A stretch of 64,000 nucleotides of DNA, taken from NCBI GenBank assembly GCA_964016885.1, contig OZ024752.1, positions 3,472,001 to 3,536,000 of the forward strand. The letters are read 5' to 3'. Shown one piece after another: positions 1 to 14,716 of this stretch. A model generated the notes under the pieces. The model was not told the DNA's origin, did not search any database, and worked only from the letters and a program-made list of their open reading frames with translations. Every line of letters starts with the position of its first letter. The first letter of the stretch is position 1. The stretch comes from Eledone cirrhosa (Eukaryota). The position numbers and the translations under genes are program-made.

Positions 1-964
1 GCCTCGGTCAAGATTTTGCATATTTCTATCCCTACTCTGTATTTACCCAATAATTGAGTACTCATATCATTAGTGGTCTCCTCGTTCTCAACTCCACATT
101 CTCCTCTCTCCCTCTCTCTCTCTCTCTCTACTATATATGGGGAGAGGAAATATGTGATTGGCACATTTTGTTATCCATCCCACAGCATGAAATGCGATGT
201 TTACCTAAGCAGGATTTGAATTCAGTACTATGCGAGTCGTAAATAAACATCACAATGAGTTGTGTCCGACTCTCTACCGAATCTGCCAATTCACTACCCT
301 ACATGGTAGTGTAATTTACAGAAGGCCACATAACAATTGATTGGAGAAAAAAATGGAAGACATAAAGAAGGGCATAAATCTTTACAAATCTATGATCAAT
401 ACTTGAAGAGAATATATTAGAAAACTGAGGAAGTAAAGTGTAAAAAAAGACCAAAATCCGTCATGACATGCATGGAGATGCAAAACAGAGAAAAGATTTG
501 ATGTCTAGAATATGCAAATCATGCAATAAACTGTTGATATTTGAGAAGCTCATGGTAATGTTCAATCTGTGTTTGCAGACATCTAATAATTATTCCTTTC
601 TTAATATGCATGTTGTAAAACTGTCATTAATTTATGTATTAAAGAAGAAATACATATTATGTGTTTGTTACCACATTATATCAGTTTTGTCTATGACCTT
701 CTTGAATGTCAACCATTTATTACGTACTATTTGAATATAACTGCTTTCTCACATTCTACACCGTGTGTATGTCACTGCATTCTCCGACATTCTTAATGGT
801 TTGGGTGTCATTTACAGTTTACTGCTATACTCAAAGTTTTTCAGTTCTATAAGTGGTTTTTATTGCAACTGTGTTCAGATACTGAATCGTCAATGTTCCA
901 TACAACTTGCAATGCTGACGTAAACACATATTCACTTACTTATGCACAGATCGAAACACACGTA

Positions 965-1031
<67 letters not shown>

Positions 1032-1690
1032 TTGTATGTATATCAGGGTTTCGATTAAGAAGGTGGAGTACGGGTGTAGCCGACTGTGAGATTTCTATAA
1101 AGGAAGATAGAGACATATGCATGAAATTGAGTAATTAATGTTCGATTTGGAGCTAAATATGGACTTCAAAAGAGAAGCACATTAACAGAGCGATGTGGAG
1201 CTGAGAGAGATGAATCAAACAAAGTGTATGATGTTTGATCTATGGTAAACAGCAGGTTGAGTAAGAGGAAAGGAAGTAAAGCTATTAAATATGAGGAAAC
1301 TGGTGATGGTTTCCTTCAACAATAAATCAGTTCAATAACCTCTAAAAATTGCAATACGTTAAGCAGAACTGTATTGTAGAAGCAACGCTGAATACTTCCT
1401 ATTTTCAGAAAATGAATGAGAATAAAACTGAGTGTCTGGATATATTTGTGAAGTTTACACCTATCCTTTACATCGTTCTTCATTTAAACTTCCATAATGT
1501 ATTCTGTCACCAAACATGAAACATATATTCTACTAAAACTAGGTTGTCAATACGTCTATGTGGTTATAGAGTTCAATTTACAAACTCCCCTTCCTGTGTT
1601 CGATTCTGCTACGCAGACAAAAGCTTGTGGATTAAATTTAGGAGGAGAATTTGCTTAAGCGCGTGCGTTCTCTCTCTCTCGCTCTCTCTT

Positions 1691-1739
<49 letters not shown>

Positions 1740-2285
1740 TTGTGTGTGTGTGTAAATTGATATTTATATGTAGCTATTATAGTTCCAGAGACGACAGGAA
1801 AACTATTATCTTTAGTCCGATCCGGCAGCTATATATATATACGACCCGTGATACGTTTGGTCACGTTCATTTCAAAATATTTTCAAAATATCTTTTAAAA
1901 ATCAATTAAAAGTATTTTTTGTTATTATTAGAATGTACTCAGACATGTATATAATGTGAAATGAAACTGGAAGGCCTATATATGTGTATGTATGTATATA
2001 TATAAATGAACCGACCACGCTAATTCCTAAGCTGCGCACCTTCATGAAATTTCACCATAGCATTTACTGAAATTTCGTAATATATGCTATCTATAATTGT
2101 AGGGGGACAGTGCCTGAAGTTTCACTTCATTGTTGGTCTTTAAAATCAGCCGTTAGTAAATAGAGCAATGACTAATGCCAGTCAGACCATGTCCATTAGT
2201 TCGGTTTCCAAGATACAGCTACTACGTTTTCTAACATCAACTTATTTTATTATTACTGTAGTATGTACGACACTGAAGTGACATT

Positions 2286-2480
2286 ATCCGTAGAGCTTCG
2301 GGCAACATGCTTTGTGGCATAGAGTTACGTCCCGTTACGTTCTGATTTCAAATCCCGCCGAGGTTAGTTTTGCCTTTCATCCTTACGGGCTCGAAAAACA
2401 AAGTGGCATTAATGCACTGGTTTCGATTTAATCGATGTTTCTCTCCCTTAAAACTGATGGCTTTGTACCTCAATTAGAAA
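2286..2480 (+). mobile_element. tRNA-derived SINE family 1 copy
   Basis: B-box-like 'gatttcaaatcccgccgagg' followed by 'tttgcctttcatccttacggg', shared with about 8 other copies in the window. Confidence 0.75.
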
Positions 2481-3898
2481 CCATTATAATTGTAGTGTGC
2501 TAAATTAGCTGCTATTTCTATAAAATAAAGGCTGCCAAATTGGCTCGGGCATATGTGTTTGTTAGTACTATTGATATGTGTTACACGTATATGTTAATAT
2601 GCATGTATTTTGGCACGCGGGCTTGCAGTGCTATGTAGGGTGTGACAGTGGTTTGTTCTATTGTGTTTCAATATGTACTTGCATGTCTCATAGAGCATAT
2701 GTGAATATGCATGCTGTATTATTTGTCTTTGTGTACGTGTATAACTTGTTTTTGTGTGTGTAGGCATGTAGGCAGCTGTTTGTGAAACAAAAGAAATTGT
2801 TTGTGTGCGTGAGCAGATGTGTCTCCAGATATATATTTATTCATGTCTGCATGTGTTTGATTGTGTGTGAGTGTGTATGTTTGTGCTTTCTCTCGGTGCA
2901 TCTGTATGTCCTTTATGTAAGTAGAGCTGTGTGCACGCAGTTAACCAGTTTATATGTATGAATATGATGTATGTGCATGCATTTGTGAACCTATATGTAT
3001 TCATGTGTGTGCATGTATTTGAATGTGTGAGTATGTTCAGAGCTTTGTCTATATGCATGAATATGCTCTTTTTGTGTTTGGCTTTGTAGATAGCAGTGTG
3101 TGAGGCTAGATATGATGTTCTGTGTGTGCGTGTGTTTATTGTGCGGGAACAGATGTATGTACACATATATATTCATGAGTGTGCATGCGCCTGTTCGAAT
3201 GTATATGTGATAATTTATGACTGAAAATTTGTGTGAAAGTGAATGTAATGTATGTGCCTGTTTGTGTAGAAAACAGATAGATGGTGATAGAGAGGGTAAG
3301 GGAATGACAGCGAAAGAGAACGAATGGGGAGGAAGCGTTTATGTATTTGTGAATATCTGCTTGTGTGTGTGTGAATATGTAAAATGGTCGGCCTGATTCA
3401 ATGTATATTTGTTGTTGGTTGTGTATATATGTTTATGTGAGTATATGTCTTTATGTATATATAGAAGTGGTTGTGATTTTTTTCTGTATATGTGCTTAGG
3501 TGTGATTGTGTGTAAATGTGTGCATGTGCGTGTTCATGTGTGAGTATAATTATGATTATATTTGTTTCATTTCTTTTTACTTTCTAAAACTTTGGTTCCA
3601 GAAAATGACTTTTGGTTTAAAATTCAGCAAAGCATAAATATTATATTTTCTTTAAATAATTTTTTTCAAATATTTTTTTCTTCTCTCCTTCTATAGACTT
3701 TAACTATATCATTAATTCAATGTTATCTAATTAACGTTTAAAATCTTTAAAACTTTAAAAAATTTCTTAAAATCAAACGCTTTAATTAAATTTCTATGAA
3801 AAAGCATCCATCCTCACATAATGACGAACTAGTCGCTGAGATTACTCTTTTCTTCGAACTTCCACATGAAATTCTTTCTTCTTGTATGCATTGTTGTC

Positions 3899-3952
<54 letters not shown>

Positions 3953-3994
3953 GTTATTGTTATTATTATTATTGTTATTATTATTATTATTATT
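3899..3994. repeat. (TTA)n microsatellite
   Basis: direct reading. Confidence 0.95.
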
Positions 3995-5026
3995 AGTTGT
4001 TGTTTCGATAGTTGTGATAATTTCCGTGGTGTCGTGATTTTTTTAAATTGTTTTTGTTGTCGTTGTTGTTGTCATTGCTGTTGCTGTTAGTGGTTGTAGC
4101 GGTGGTTGTGGAGTGGATGTGGCGAAATTGGGGTTGAGGGATTTCTGGTGATGTTGGTGGTAGTTGTTGTGGTGGAAATGTTGGCGCTAATGCTACTACT
4201 GTTATTGTTAGAGGGGATCATTGCTATTGTTATTGTTGGTATTGTTTATGGGTTTGGTTGGTCTTTGGTGAGTATTGTTGGTTCCTGGTGGTGGTGGGTA
4301 TAGGTATGGAGATGATAATATCGTTGATGATATTGATAATGTTATTGTTTATGATGTTTTCCATATTTCTTTTCTGATATAATGTTGCCTGGGAGTGCAG
4401 TAGTTGACAAGATTTATATAATTAAAAGTTTGTTAAAAGTTTCTCAGGTGAAACAAAATATTTAAAATATGATTTCTTTATTTCTTTATTTGTTATTTGT
4501 TGTTATTTTATATGGATATGCCACAGAACTCTTTTCGAAAGAAAATTTTAACGAAACATAGAGTAAACAATCTACAAACAATCTCTCGGTGTCATAAATT
4601 TAATCTGTTCCGGGTTTTAACACTAGCACCTAGAACATGACTGATTTAATAGGAAGAAACTTTGTTGCAAGAATTTGAGCCAAGATTTCGATGTCAGCCG
4701 ACCCTCCTCTCTCTAAATTCCAAATCTTGGAATGCCTCATTAATGTCAATGGGAGTGGTGACCTATATTCGTTTGACTAAGCTCTATAAAAGAAGTTGAT
4801 AATGAAAATATTACCCCCCGTGTTAAGGAACAACTGCCAACATGAGAGCAGCAGCAGTCACAGCAAGTACGATTCAATTCCGTACTTGCATGTGTCTTTG
4901 ATCATATAAACACGCATAACTGATGCGATGTCGAAAAAAGGTCGTGCCCTGTCATCTTGCGCCTTGAGCTTATACATATCAAAAATATTACGCTGCAATA
5001 CTGACTTCGATTCTAATGAAACTACC

Positions 5027-5149
<123 letters not shown>

Positions 5150-5161
5150 TATCTATCTATC

Positions 5162-5186
<25 letters not shown>

Positions 5187-5194
<8 letters not shown>

Positions 5195-5362
5195 AGATCA
5201 AAAGATGGTTAAAAGAGTTCCAAGTATTTGATAAAATACTTGGAACTTTTTTAACCATCTTTTGATCTTATATTATTTATACTCCACTCCTACAAACTGT
5301 AGAGTGCTACTTATCCGATATTTGCATTGCTTTATTGTGCTACAATAAAACTCACCTCCTAC
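5187..5362 (+). mobile_element. Fold-back mini insertion: palindrome 5187-5276 plus tail
   Basis: ataatataagatcaaaagatggttaaaagagttccaagtattt / aaatacttggaacttttttaaccatcttttgatcttatattat; the left arm abuts (TA)n and recurs at 42991-43030 next to an HHR. Confidence 0.8.
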
Positions 5363-5589
5363 ATATATATATATGCACCTAAACATAGTAAGCTTATTCA
5401 GGCACAAAGATGACTTACACACAACTATTGACATTTATATATATTTATATATATAAATATATTATAAAATGTATAAATATGTATATATATAGAGAGAGAG
5501 ATAGATAAATAGATAGATATATATAGATGTGTGTGTGTGTGTATGTATACTATATATTATATATATATGCGTGTGTGTGTATGTATACC

Positions 5590-5655
<66 letters not shown>

Positions 5656-6042
5656 TGTGTGTATGTGTGTATACAAGACAGAGCTGGAGAGAAAGCCTCA
5701 TAATATAGGATTGGGTGCGTATGTGATGTACACAAGTATACACGCATGCGCAATCAGATATAGACGACACTAATGTTCTGGGGAAATATGATAACAAGGG
5801 TGTGGGTTAGCGTTGGAGTGAGAGAAAGTATATGTTTCTGTCTGTGTGTGCGCCTGTGTGTGATAGGGGGGGAGATACTGTAAGATGGAACAGCAGGGTA
5901 GATGTCTGGGAGTAAACAATCTGAAGTAATTATGAGACTTTTCACTGGAAACATGATTCTGTGCAATGAACTACAAACATAGTTTACAAAGTCAAATATA
6001 TGACTTTGTTGAATTTATAACATTATTAGGATTTTGTTTAGT

Positions 6043-6200
6043 GTGGATTGGCAGTATCGGTAGAGGGTCGGACGCCATGCTTTCCAGCATAGTTACGTCC
6101 CTTTACGATCTGAGTTCAAATCCCGCCGAGGTTGACTTTGTAAAATAAAGTACCAGTAATGCACTGGGTAATTGCTGGCCTTGTGCCTAAAGTAGAAACA
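6043..6200 (+). mobile_element. SINE family 1 copy with internal deletion
   Basis: ggattggcagtatcggtagagggtcggacgccatgc...gagttcaaatcccgccgagg; near-identical to 31781-31961. Confidence 0.8.
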
Positions 6201-7949
6201 ATTATTAGGATTTTTATATACTATATATTTCAATGAACATCACCTTCTTCACCACCATTGAAACCACCAAAGCTTCCTCAATATATTCAAAATCATGTTC
6301 ATCATCATCGAAATCCACCTCCTCATCATCATCATCGTCGTCATCAACACCCTCCTCCTCATCATCATCATCATCGTTATAAACATCATCATCATCATTG
6401 CCATTATCAAATGAACCATCACATACACCATATCATCATCATCATCAACAATATTAAGATCATTACCTTTACAATTATGATAACCACCGCCTATAGCAAT
6501 CATAAGAACACCGCCCCACTCTATCTAACAGTTGGTAACAAATGTGGTATTATAATTACAAGCTAATGAAAGATTTCCTTCTCTGTTGTTACTATCGGCG
6601 GATAGAGGTATGGATGAATTGCTGAATGAATGAATGTATAGCTAGAGAGAAACCATTTAAGTTCTGTTACTGATAAATTAAGGATAATTTCTGATTTAAT
6701 TCATAATTAGCATATTTTGGATTTGAGAATTCGATTCCATTTGATCTGTGATCTATTTTGTTTGTGTTCGCCTATATTATATTTACTCAAGCCTAAAATA
6801 TAAGATTTGTAAATCGTATTCATCTGGACTAAATTTCCCGCACTCAGCCACTATCTACGGTGAATTATTCTGTCAGCCTTCAGCATAAAGTTACTTCCAA
6901 GAAGTTGTAATTTGACATGGTGATTCCACAAGGCATCTTTTTTCTGGCAATTTTCCATACACAAGTATCTCCGTTAGTTGATGATCCGATTTCTTTTAAG
7001 AGGTTAAAGCGTTGCAGGGGTTAAAACAACCTTAGATGATTAGAACTGGTCTGATCATAAATTTCATTTTTCGTTAGGTGTTAGAGCCAACATATTCTCA
7101 AGATTCTTAACAGGTTTGTCTGGTGGAAACGTTTTTGTATTTTCGATAAAGGGTACTATGTTTACATCAACTAACATCTTGATATTTTGAAAAAGAAAAC
7201 TCTCTTGCTTGTTTTCTGAAGATGTCATACACAAAATGTATACTAGGTTATTTTTCATTGGAGACATCAGCATACATATTGCAGATAATTCCCAGAAAAC
7301 AAACCTCATGAGTTAGTCAAACTTGGTGGTCGTGAATTTTAATATGAAATGTGGTTATCTCTATTGCAATTCAGACTACACAAAACTGTTCTTTCTCTAT
7401 TTATCTGTTTTACATAATAGCGTCTAGACAAAAATCCAGTTTGTGCTCTCCAATTGCATTAGAATCTGTATCTTAAACATCAGAAAGAATTTTAGACGTT
7501 GGTTTTTGTAGTTGTTTACATGTGACCTTTTAAAATACACGACACGACAACAAATGTACTGATATGTAAATGAGAACAAAATGTTCCAGTTATTCAATGC
7601 ACTTTTCATGAGTATTTCCAACATGCACTCTCGCTATATTTTAATGAAGGATGTAAATATTTCTATGAACCTAATTAAATTGTTATTTCATCCGTTCTGC
7701 AGATTGAGCCCTGTATATTAAATATTAAATCCATTTGCAAAGCAAACATAAATGCATATTTATAAGACGCAAATAAACCCATGCTATAATAGCCAGTGGC
7801 GACGAGGATATTATATTACTAAAAAAAATGTTGTAATATAATACATGCCAGAAAACACGCAATGATTTGCAAAGAAGTCGCGTGGCGGAGTATTTGTGTT
7901 TTAAACGTACGAATGTAGAATCATACACACACACACAAACACACATTCG

Positions 7950-8105
7950 TGAGTCCCGAGTCCAATCGTGTGTAACCACAGTAGATAACATACTCAATAC
8001 ATTATTAGAGTGTATTCAATGCATTAGCAGTGTACTAGTAGTTTTCCCTAATGATTTCCTGCGAAAGAAACAGTTCTAGTACTGTAGAGGCCATTTCTAT
8101 ATTAA
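7950..8105. mobile_element. Decayed fold-back relative of the PLE-B pLTR: tail on - strand, degenerate HHR on + strand at 8047-8090
   Basis: ctaatga-tttcctgcgaaa-gaaacagttctagtactgta matches 63089-63127; reverse complement of 7950-8012 matches tail 63155-63210. Confidence 0.65.
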
Positions 8106-9474
8106 ATTTGTTATTTAATAGGGTATATAACAGAAGATTGTTCCTCAGATGAGTTTATCCTTGTACTTAATAAGAGCTACCTTCTGGGTTATTAATATTT
8201 ATAATCAGTCTGCAAGGGAGTTATCGCCTGCAAAAACAGCTGATACAATTTAGAAACGTATAGTTCGATGCCAAACGTGCTCTGTCTTGTTAACTACTCG
8301 GAAAAGCAACGGTCCTATTTCAATCTTATAATATAACCACACATTTATTAGAAGATAGCTTCATTGAAAATAGTCGTTGACCTCTTTCCGTTTTGTATAT
8401 TAAATATATACACTTCAATATATTGGTAAACTTAAACCAGAGGAATTTGCCTCTATTGAAGGTGTTTGGTGAGTATTGTTGGTTCCTGGTGGTTCTTAAA
8501 CACACATATACATAGACATGTACACATATCTATAAATACATTACAATTTTATACTTGAGCCCGATTAGATGCCACTATTGCATCGAGACATAAGGTCGAG
8601 TGTACATGTTAAGTCTACGAAATATTTGTTGTATTACATAATATCTCTTATACTAGAGTGATCATTTATTCATTGGCCTGTTATGTACGGATACCATGCA
8701 TATAGATACACACGCGCGCGCACACGCACACACTCACACACACTCACACACACACACATATATATATATATATGTACTAATATATTATATTGTTTTATCT
8801 AAACTTAATTTCAATAAACGATATCACTAGGCAACATATTGTGCACTCCCTTATACTTCCATTTATCGATTGTTAAATTTATACGTATGGATTTATGTAT
8901 GGGTATTATTAAATAGAAAATAAAACACGCTCACGCCGACACATTTACACACATGTGTACACACAGACACATATATTTTTATACATACGGGACTAATCAC
9001 AATATTTCGTTTCTACAATAAGTTTCATTTTTATGTAAAATACGATATCAAATTTAAATATGAATATATATTTGTCTGCATTAAAAACGAGCGATTTATT
9101 TTCGTATATAGAAGAGAGATAATTGATGGAATCCATCTCGTTTACTAAAGTATTCACAAACACTTTGTTGAAATACCATTGTTTAACGTAAAAACAATGT
9201 GAGTATATATAAATATACATGCATGTATCTATGCATGCATACGTATATACATACATACATACTTATATAGATACATAAATACATTCATATTTACATAATA
9301 TGTTGGTCATAATTTATTCAATATATATATGGATATATATGTCCGCTGATTGTGCGTTAACGTGTATGGCACATGTATACGAGTGTATATTGTATTACCA
9401 TATGTGTATGTATATATCTATACGCACACAGATATACATACATACATATACATCATCATCATCATCATCATCAG

Positions 9475-9860
9475 GTTTAGCGTCCGTGTTCCACGCTTGC
9501 ATGGGTTTGGACGGGGGTTTTCCCACTTGAGGCAAGAGTGGTTGTCTTGCTCGCATAGGACTGTCTGGCGGGTTTTCTACAGTTGGATGCCCTTCCTAAC
9601 ACCAACCACATTTACAGTGTGGGGCTGGGAGGTTTTTACCGTGTTGCCTACACGGCCACATTACAGCGTGGACTGTCTGGCGGGTTTTCTACAGCTGGAT
9701 GCCCTTCCTAACACCAACCACATTTACAGTGTGGGGCTGGGAGGTTTTTACCGTGTTGCCTACACGGCCACATTTACAGCGTGGAATGTGTGTTTTTTTG
9801 TCGTGACACCTACACGATCTCATTTGTTTCGGCCTGGATGTTGTGGGACCAACATAACTG
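9475..9860. repeat. Interspersed repeat with internal tandem duplication of about 111 bp (9559-9669 / 9670-9783), preceded by (CAT)n
   Basis: two near-identical units 'ggactgtctggcgggttttctacag.tggatgcccttcctaacaccaaccacatttacagtgtggggctgggagg...'. Confidence 0.75.
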
Positions 9861-9989
9861 TACATTGAAAGGGGCGGTGTGGATGGGGTGGAGGTGGTGG
9901 GACGGGGGGGGGGGGGGGGGGTGTTTTGATAGAGATGCCTACTGACTGTATATATATATATATACATTTCAAAAGGTTCTATACAAAAC

Positions 9990-10074
9990 AGTGCAATACA
10001 ATACAATAGGAAGGAACATAATATTAGTACCATTGATGATGTTGCAGATGTGCAACAAAAGAACTTTGATAGTC
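9990..10074 (+). mobile_element. Fragment of the PLE-A2 pLTR with a mutated HHR
   Basis: 'cattgatgatgttgcagatgtgcaacaaaagaactttg' aligns with the reverse complement of 51867-51918 and with 50218-50269. Confidence 0.7.
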
Positions 10075-11105
10075 GAAAAATGTCGCTCCTACCACCTCAT
10101 GCAGTAGGAGGCTGAGATAAAAGCATTCATGTTGGTTAGGATGAATTGTGTAGACTCTCCCAAGAGTAGGGGAGATTTTAATGTCTGGATGTCCCTCGAC
10201 GGGTTCTCCTTTCACCCTTCTTAACCAAATTCTGTTGTCTGTGTTCCAAGTGTAGTATGATGTCACCTGAGAGTAGAAGAGGGTCTTGGCGACGGGATCG
10301 TTTCGGGATAACTTAAAAAATGCCGTAAGTGTGGTGTACTTGGGCTCCTCTGCTATCTCAGCAGAGGTTACCGTTTTCAAAGTGCGCCGCCAACTGTTTG
10401 ATTGGGGGGGGGGGTAGTTATGACCTATTGCAAAGTGGAAGAATCGCCAGAATGCTTCATTGCTGCTGATGTATTGGCCGACCTGGTATCGAGTGATTTC
10501 GTCTCGGCTGGTCTCCATTCTAAGACCGAAGGACGCAGCATCGGACCCCTTATTGATGTACTTGCAGACGTACTTTAGCGATTTGATGGTGTGGCACTAT
10601 TCAACGTTAATGTGAGCGTTAAATATTTTAAGCAGAAGTGGGCAGTAGGGTACAATCCACCGGTTGTCTACGTGGTGATGTGGGGTTTTCGCAACAATTC
10701 CTCCGTCCGCTAGCTCCCTGCGGCGGTATAATGGGTAACCGTCGCCACCTGTCTGAGTTTCTAGGAGGAATGGCCATGGATACCTCCTGGTGCACCTGCT
10801 TTCTTTAATGCATGGCGACTTCATGTTGAAACCGTTTCCGCGTGGCCCGTGAACTATGTGAGCAATGACGATGTTGTGGAGTTCTCTATCCAATTTCGGG
10901 ACGGGTATTTCTGCTAAAATAATGCTGTCAATGCTGGTTGCGTTGATTTTCGTTATTAGCCAATGAGTAGGTGGGCGTGTGGCGGGCCTACCTTTGCCAC
11001 TCAACGGTGTATACGTAGCACCTAACAGGTCCAAAGGCGTTACCTGATTGTATGAGTTCAATAAGTTTTGTCAATTTCAAGTGGAAGACTCGTGCCGTAA
11101 GGATA
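10075..11105 (-). pseudogene. Helitron RepHel fragment (HUH Rep region), frameshifted
   Basis: YTVEWQ...HAH (motif 2), HGP..SPC, GYPLYRRR, DNRWIVPY.P.LL..FNAHINVE, KYVCKYINKG (motif 3), DEI..YQ..YISS.EA.WR across ORFs 10988-11221, 10597-11061 and 10024-10518. Confidence 0.92.
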
Positions 11106-11109
11106 TCCT

Positions 11110-11308
11110 TGTGTTGTTGTCTCGCTTGAGTGTGTGTGTGTGCGTGTGTTGTTGCCTTGTTCCTCTGTATTGGCAGTGTAGTATATTCGTATGGTGGAAT
11201 GCTACTGTGTGTGTGTGCCATACGAACATACTACACTGCCAATACAGAGGAACAAGGCAACAACACACGCACACACACACACACTCACTCAAGCGAGACA
11301 ACAACACA
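11110..11308. repeat. Near-perfect inverted repeat, arms about 85 bp
   Basis: gtgttgttgtctcgcttgagtg...gtagtatattcgtatgg / ccatacgaacatactacac...cactcaagcgagacaacaacac. Confidence 0.9.
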
Positions 11309-11528
11309 CGCACACACACACACGGTAACATTTAACAAACAGGCAGAGAATGGACTGACAGCTAGCGCCATCCCACTCCCTCATTCGGCCGCTGACCTCT
11401 GTACGACCGACCCCATTTCACCGCACGCGCGCTCTGCCGAATACCTCAGATATTCAAAAAAACAAACAGCGAAGGACGCGTTCCGCACTTGTCCGACAGA
11501 CAACCTTTTCCCCCATCCCAGAAAAAAA

Positions 11529-11566
11529 CCCCCAGTTGATGGATGTGAATCCGAAATATATAGGGA
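11529..11566 (+). ncRNA. Degenerate minimal HHR
   Basis: ccc-cagttga-t-ggat(gtga)atcc-gaaa-tata-ta-ggg; stems intact but two core mutations. Confidence 0.4.
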
Positions 11567-11817
11567 CTATTAAATCTCTCCCAAGGTAACTCTCTCTTGT
11601 GTTGTTATTTTTATTTTATCCTTTATACTCTTCCCTTCATTCTACACATCTCACACATCTTATACACACCACGCATCTCAACGTACACGCACTTACATCT
11701 CTCTCTCCACCACCGGACCTTGTTACCCGGAGATTTACCCATTTGCATTGTCGAGGCTTCCAAACGACTTAAAGATATTTATTTATTGTTCCACAATGCT
11801 TCAAGCAAACTTCAATA

Positions 11818-11909
<92 letters not shown>

Positions 11910-12207
11910 TATATACTCTTTCCCTAATACCCACTTTACTACCTTAAGTTCTCTGGTGCGTTATGGTCCACACTTACTTTGTTATATATATTATAGTTTC
12001 AGTCTAAAATCTTTTCCCCGAGTCCAACCATTTTCGTTGCTGTGGCAATGCGGTTGGACTGCCGATCGCTCTATTTGATTTGTAAAGCTGTCTAAACGTA
12101 TTGTTATTACTCTGGGGTACTATTCCCTATCGAGTGCTAAAGCTAACTACCGAATTTGCATTCGTTAGCTTGGCCGCAACCTAAAGCTTCGTTAATGCTG
12201 TACTAAA

Positions 12208-12250
<43 letters not shown>

Positions 12251-13386
12251 TATACAGAGAGAGAAAGAGAGAGATACATATAACACAATATAATATAATA
12301 TGATATTAAATTATACTCAAAAATATTTATATTTTAGTGCGTGATTTGCATGTGGGTGCGTTGTTATGTTAATTTGTGTATATGCAGTCTGCTAAACCTG
12401 AAAATGGGCATTTATGGAATCCTTTGATCTTGCCTACATAACACTGAAGAATTTTTAAATTTCATCTAAAAATTACAGAATTCAAGTAAATTTACTGTAA
12501 AAACTTAAGGAATGTTTTCAAATGGCATGTTTCGAACAGTAAATAAATTGATAACAAAATAAACAGAGAGTAAAAGAAAGCCGGAAAGAAAGAAAGAAGG
12601 AATTGGAGGAATAAAATAAATGAAGAAATATAACATATATTTTGAGTTTATTTTTAAAATGTTATGAATTTCATAACATTATCTTTTGATAAGCTATGAA
12701 TCGAAAATTCTTGAAATTTTCGTTTCAATCAAATTTTCACAACATCCACAATAAGAACAATATGAACACAAGTTATTTATTCGTAAGAAAGAAGAACTAA
12801 ATAAGGAAATTAATAATGAACAACCAAACTAATGAGAAACAAATCTGAAAATACAAAAAAGTAAATTCATTTTGATCCAAATTTCAAACAAAATATTATC
12901 TTTTACTTACAATAACTCACTCCCTATCCTTCAATCTATCTTCCAGCATTCCGGGTTTATATACTCTTATTTATACGTATCTCTATCCATTTTATATGCC
13001 CTCTCCCCTTTCTCTCAGTGTGTCTGTGTGGGAGCGTATCTCCGTGTTAGTTTGTGTGTGACTGCGTGTATCTTCAAATGTCTGTATGCATATTTATGAT
13101 TTTGCATCCATATTTCTAAAATTGTTTTTCATTGTCTCTTGTCAAGTCTCGCCTATTGCCACTGTACATTCATCACCATCTATCAATAGAAGCTATTTAC
13201 CTATATATCTATATTTATCTTTCTTTATCTATTATCTACCTTATCTCCTTAAATCATTCTTTCTTTGTCCTTTTCGATGTAAATTGTCCTCCAGACGGGA
13301 GACGACTCTACTTACGTCTGTATATGTATTATCTATATACGAACATGTATATGTATTATCTATATACGAACATGTATATGTATATG

Positions 13387-13441
<55 letters not shown>

Positions 13442-13829
13442 TCTAACTTTAACTGAATCTCTCGCTCACTTTCTATGCATTTACTCGGCAATATAACTTC
13501 TATCTATCGCTTTCCTCCACCCTAGTGTCATACACTGTATGTCAATTTAAACATGGAAGTAGATCCTTTATCAGTCATGATGATGTCTTATCCATTACAT
13601 CGATGTAATGTACATACCACACATACGTACACACTCATACATAAAAGGGATTCCCGTGTACTTTTATATTCACATCAAAATCAATGTATGAGAATCTGTA
13701 CAGAAACTCATATATAGAATCACATAGTCACAAACATATACAAGTACACTTACACACATATATATATATATATATATACATATACACACCCACACATATA
13801 TATGTACATGTGCATGCATGTGTATATAT

Positions 13830-13903
13830 ATAGGAAAAAGTAAGACTCCGACGGCAGAGCTCAAGCCGTTTCGACGGCTATTTCTGGACTCATTTCCTTC
13901 GTT
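13830..13903 (-). mobile_element. Family X short element: inverted arm plus tail end
   Basis: reverse complement gagtccagaaatagccgtcgaaacggcttgagctctgccgtcgg, then + strand 'catttccttcgtt'; flanked by TA repeats. Confidence 0.8.
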
Positions 13904-14620
13904 ATATATATATATATATATATATAAATGTGTGTGTGTGTGTACATATATATATATACACCCGGTCAAAGGTGTTAGGCCTGCCGTTGTTAATAGTAAT
14001 GGCAGTGCTGTTGTTTATGTGATGATAGTAAAGGTTGTAGTTGTCAGAGTTAGTAATGCTAGTGGCAATGTTATTGTTTCTGTTGGTGGTAGTAGTGAGC
14101 TATTTAAGGTAATGGCTGGGCTGCTGGCGTTAATGGTTACGATTATAACATTTTTGACAATAACTCTATCATCCAGGAACCCATGAGTAATTGATACCTC
14201 TGTAGACTTTGCTTCATTGGCACGGTAAGTTCTCAGACTATTACAATTGCTTAGTGGTGAACTTTGCCCTAAAACCCTGAAATCATCAATCATCTGTGAT
14301 GGCTTTAAACAATGCATTCACCTCTGCCTCTGAAACAGATATCTGGTGAGTTGAATTTTTGTTGAGAGATAAAGAGAGTATCAAAATTGTTTACTTGTCT
14401 CAAAATTAATTCTTGTTGACACATGAAGACGATACCCATTTCACCGGATTGACGGTTTATGCATATATTTTCTTAAATGTAACCAGGATTTGAGTAGCTC
14501 TCCAAAATCAGCAAAATGAAATACATAACCCCGATATGTATGACAGACGCCAAGCACACATACGTATGTATATATATATATATACATAGAAGTATGTATA
14601 AATCAAATATATATACATTG

Positions 14621-14716
<96 letters not shown>

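Noticed and set aside
5905-5968. HHR-like ctgaagt...gaaac
   Set aside because: Core mutated and stems do not close; likewise ctgatgaggg at about 35598 has no downstream GAAA
6258-6566. His/Pro-rich ORF
   Set aside because: Degenerate (CAT)n repeat, no gene context
8465-8493. 28-bp match to 4265-4293
   Set aside because: Short and low-complexity; no interpretable structure
9559-9783. CRISPR-like array
   Set aside because: Only two adjacent units without spacers, in a eukaryotic context
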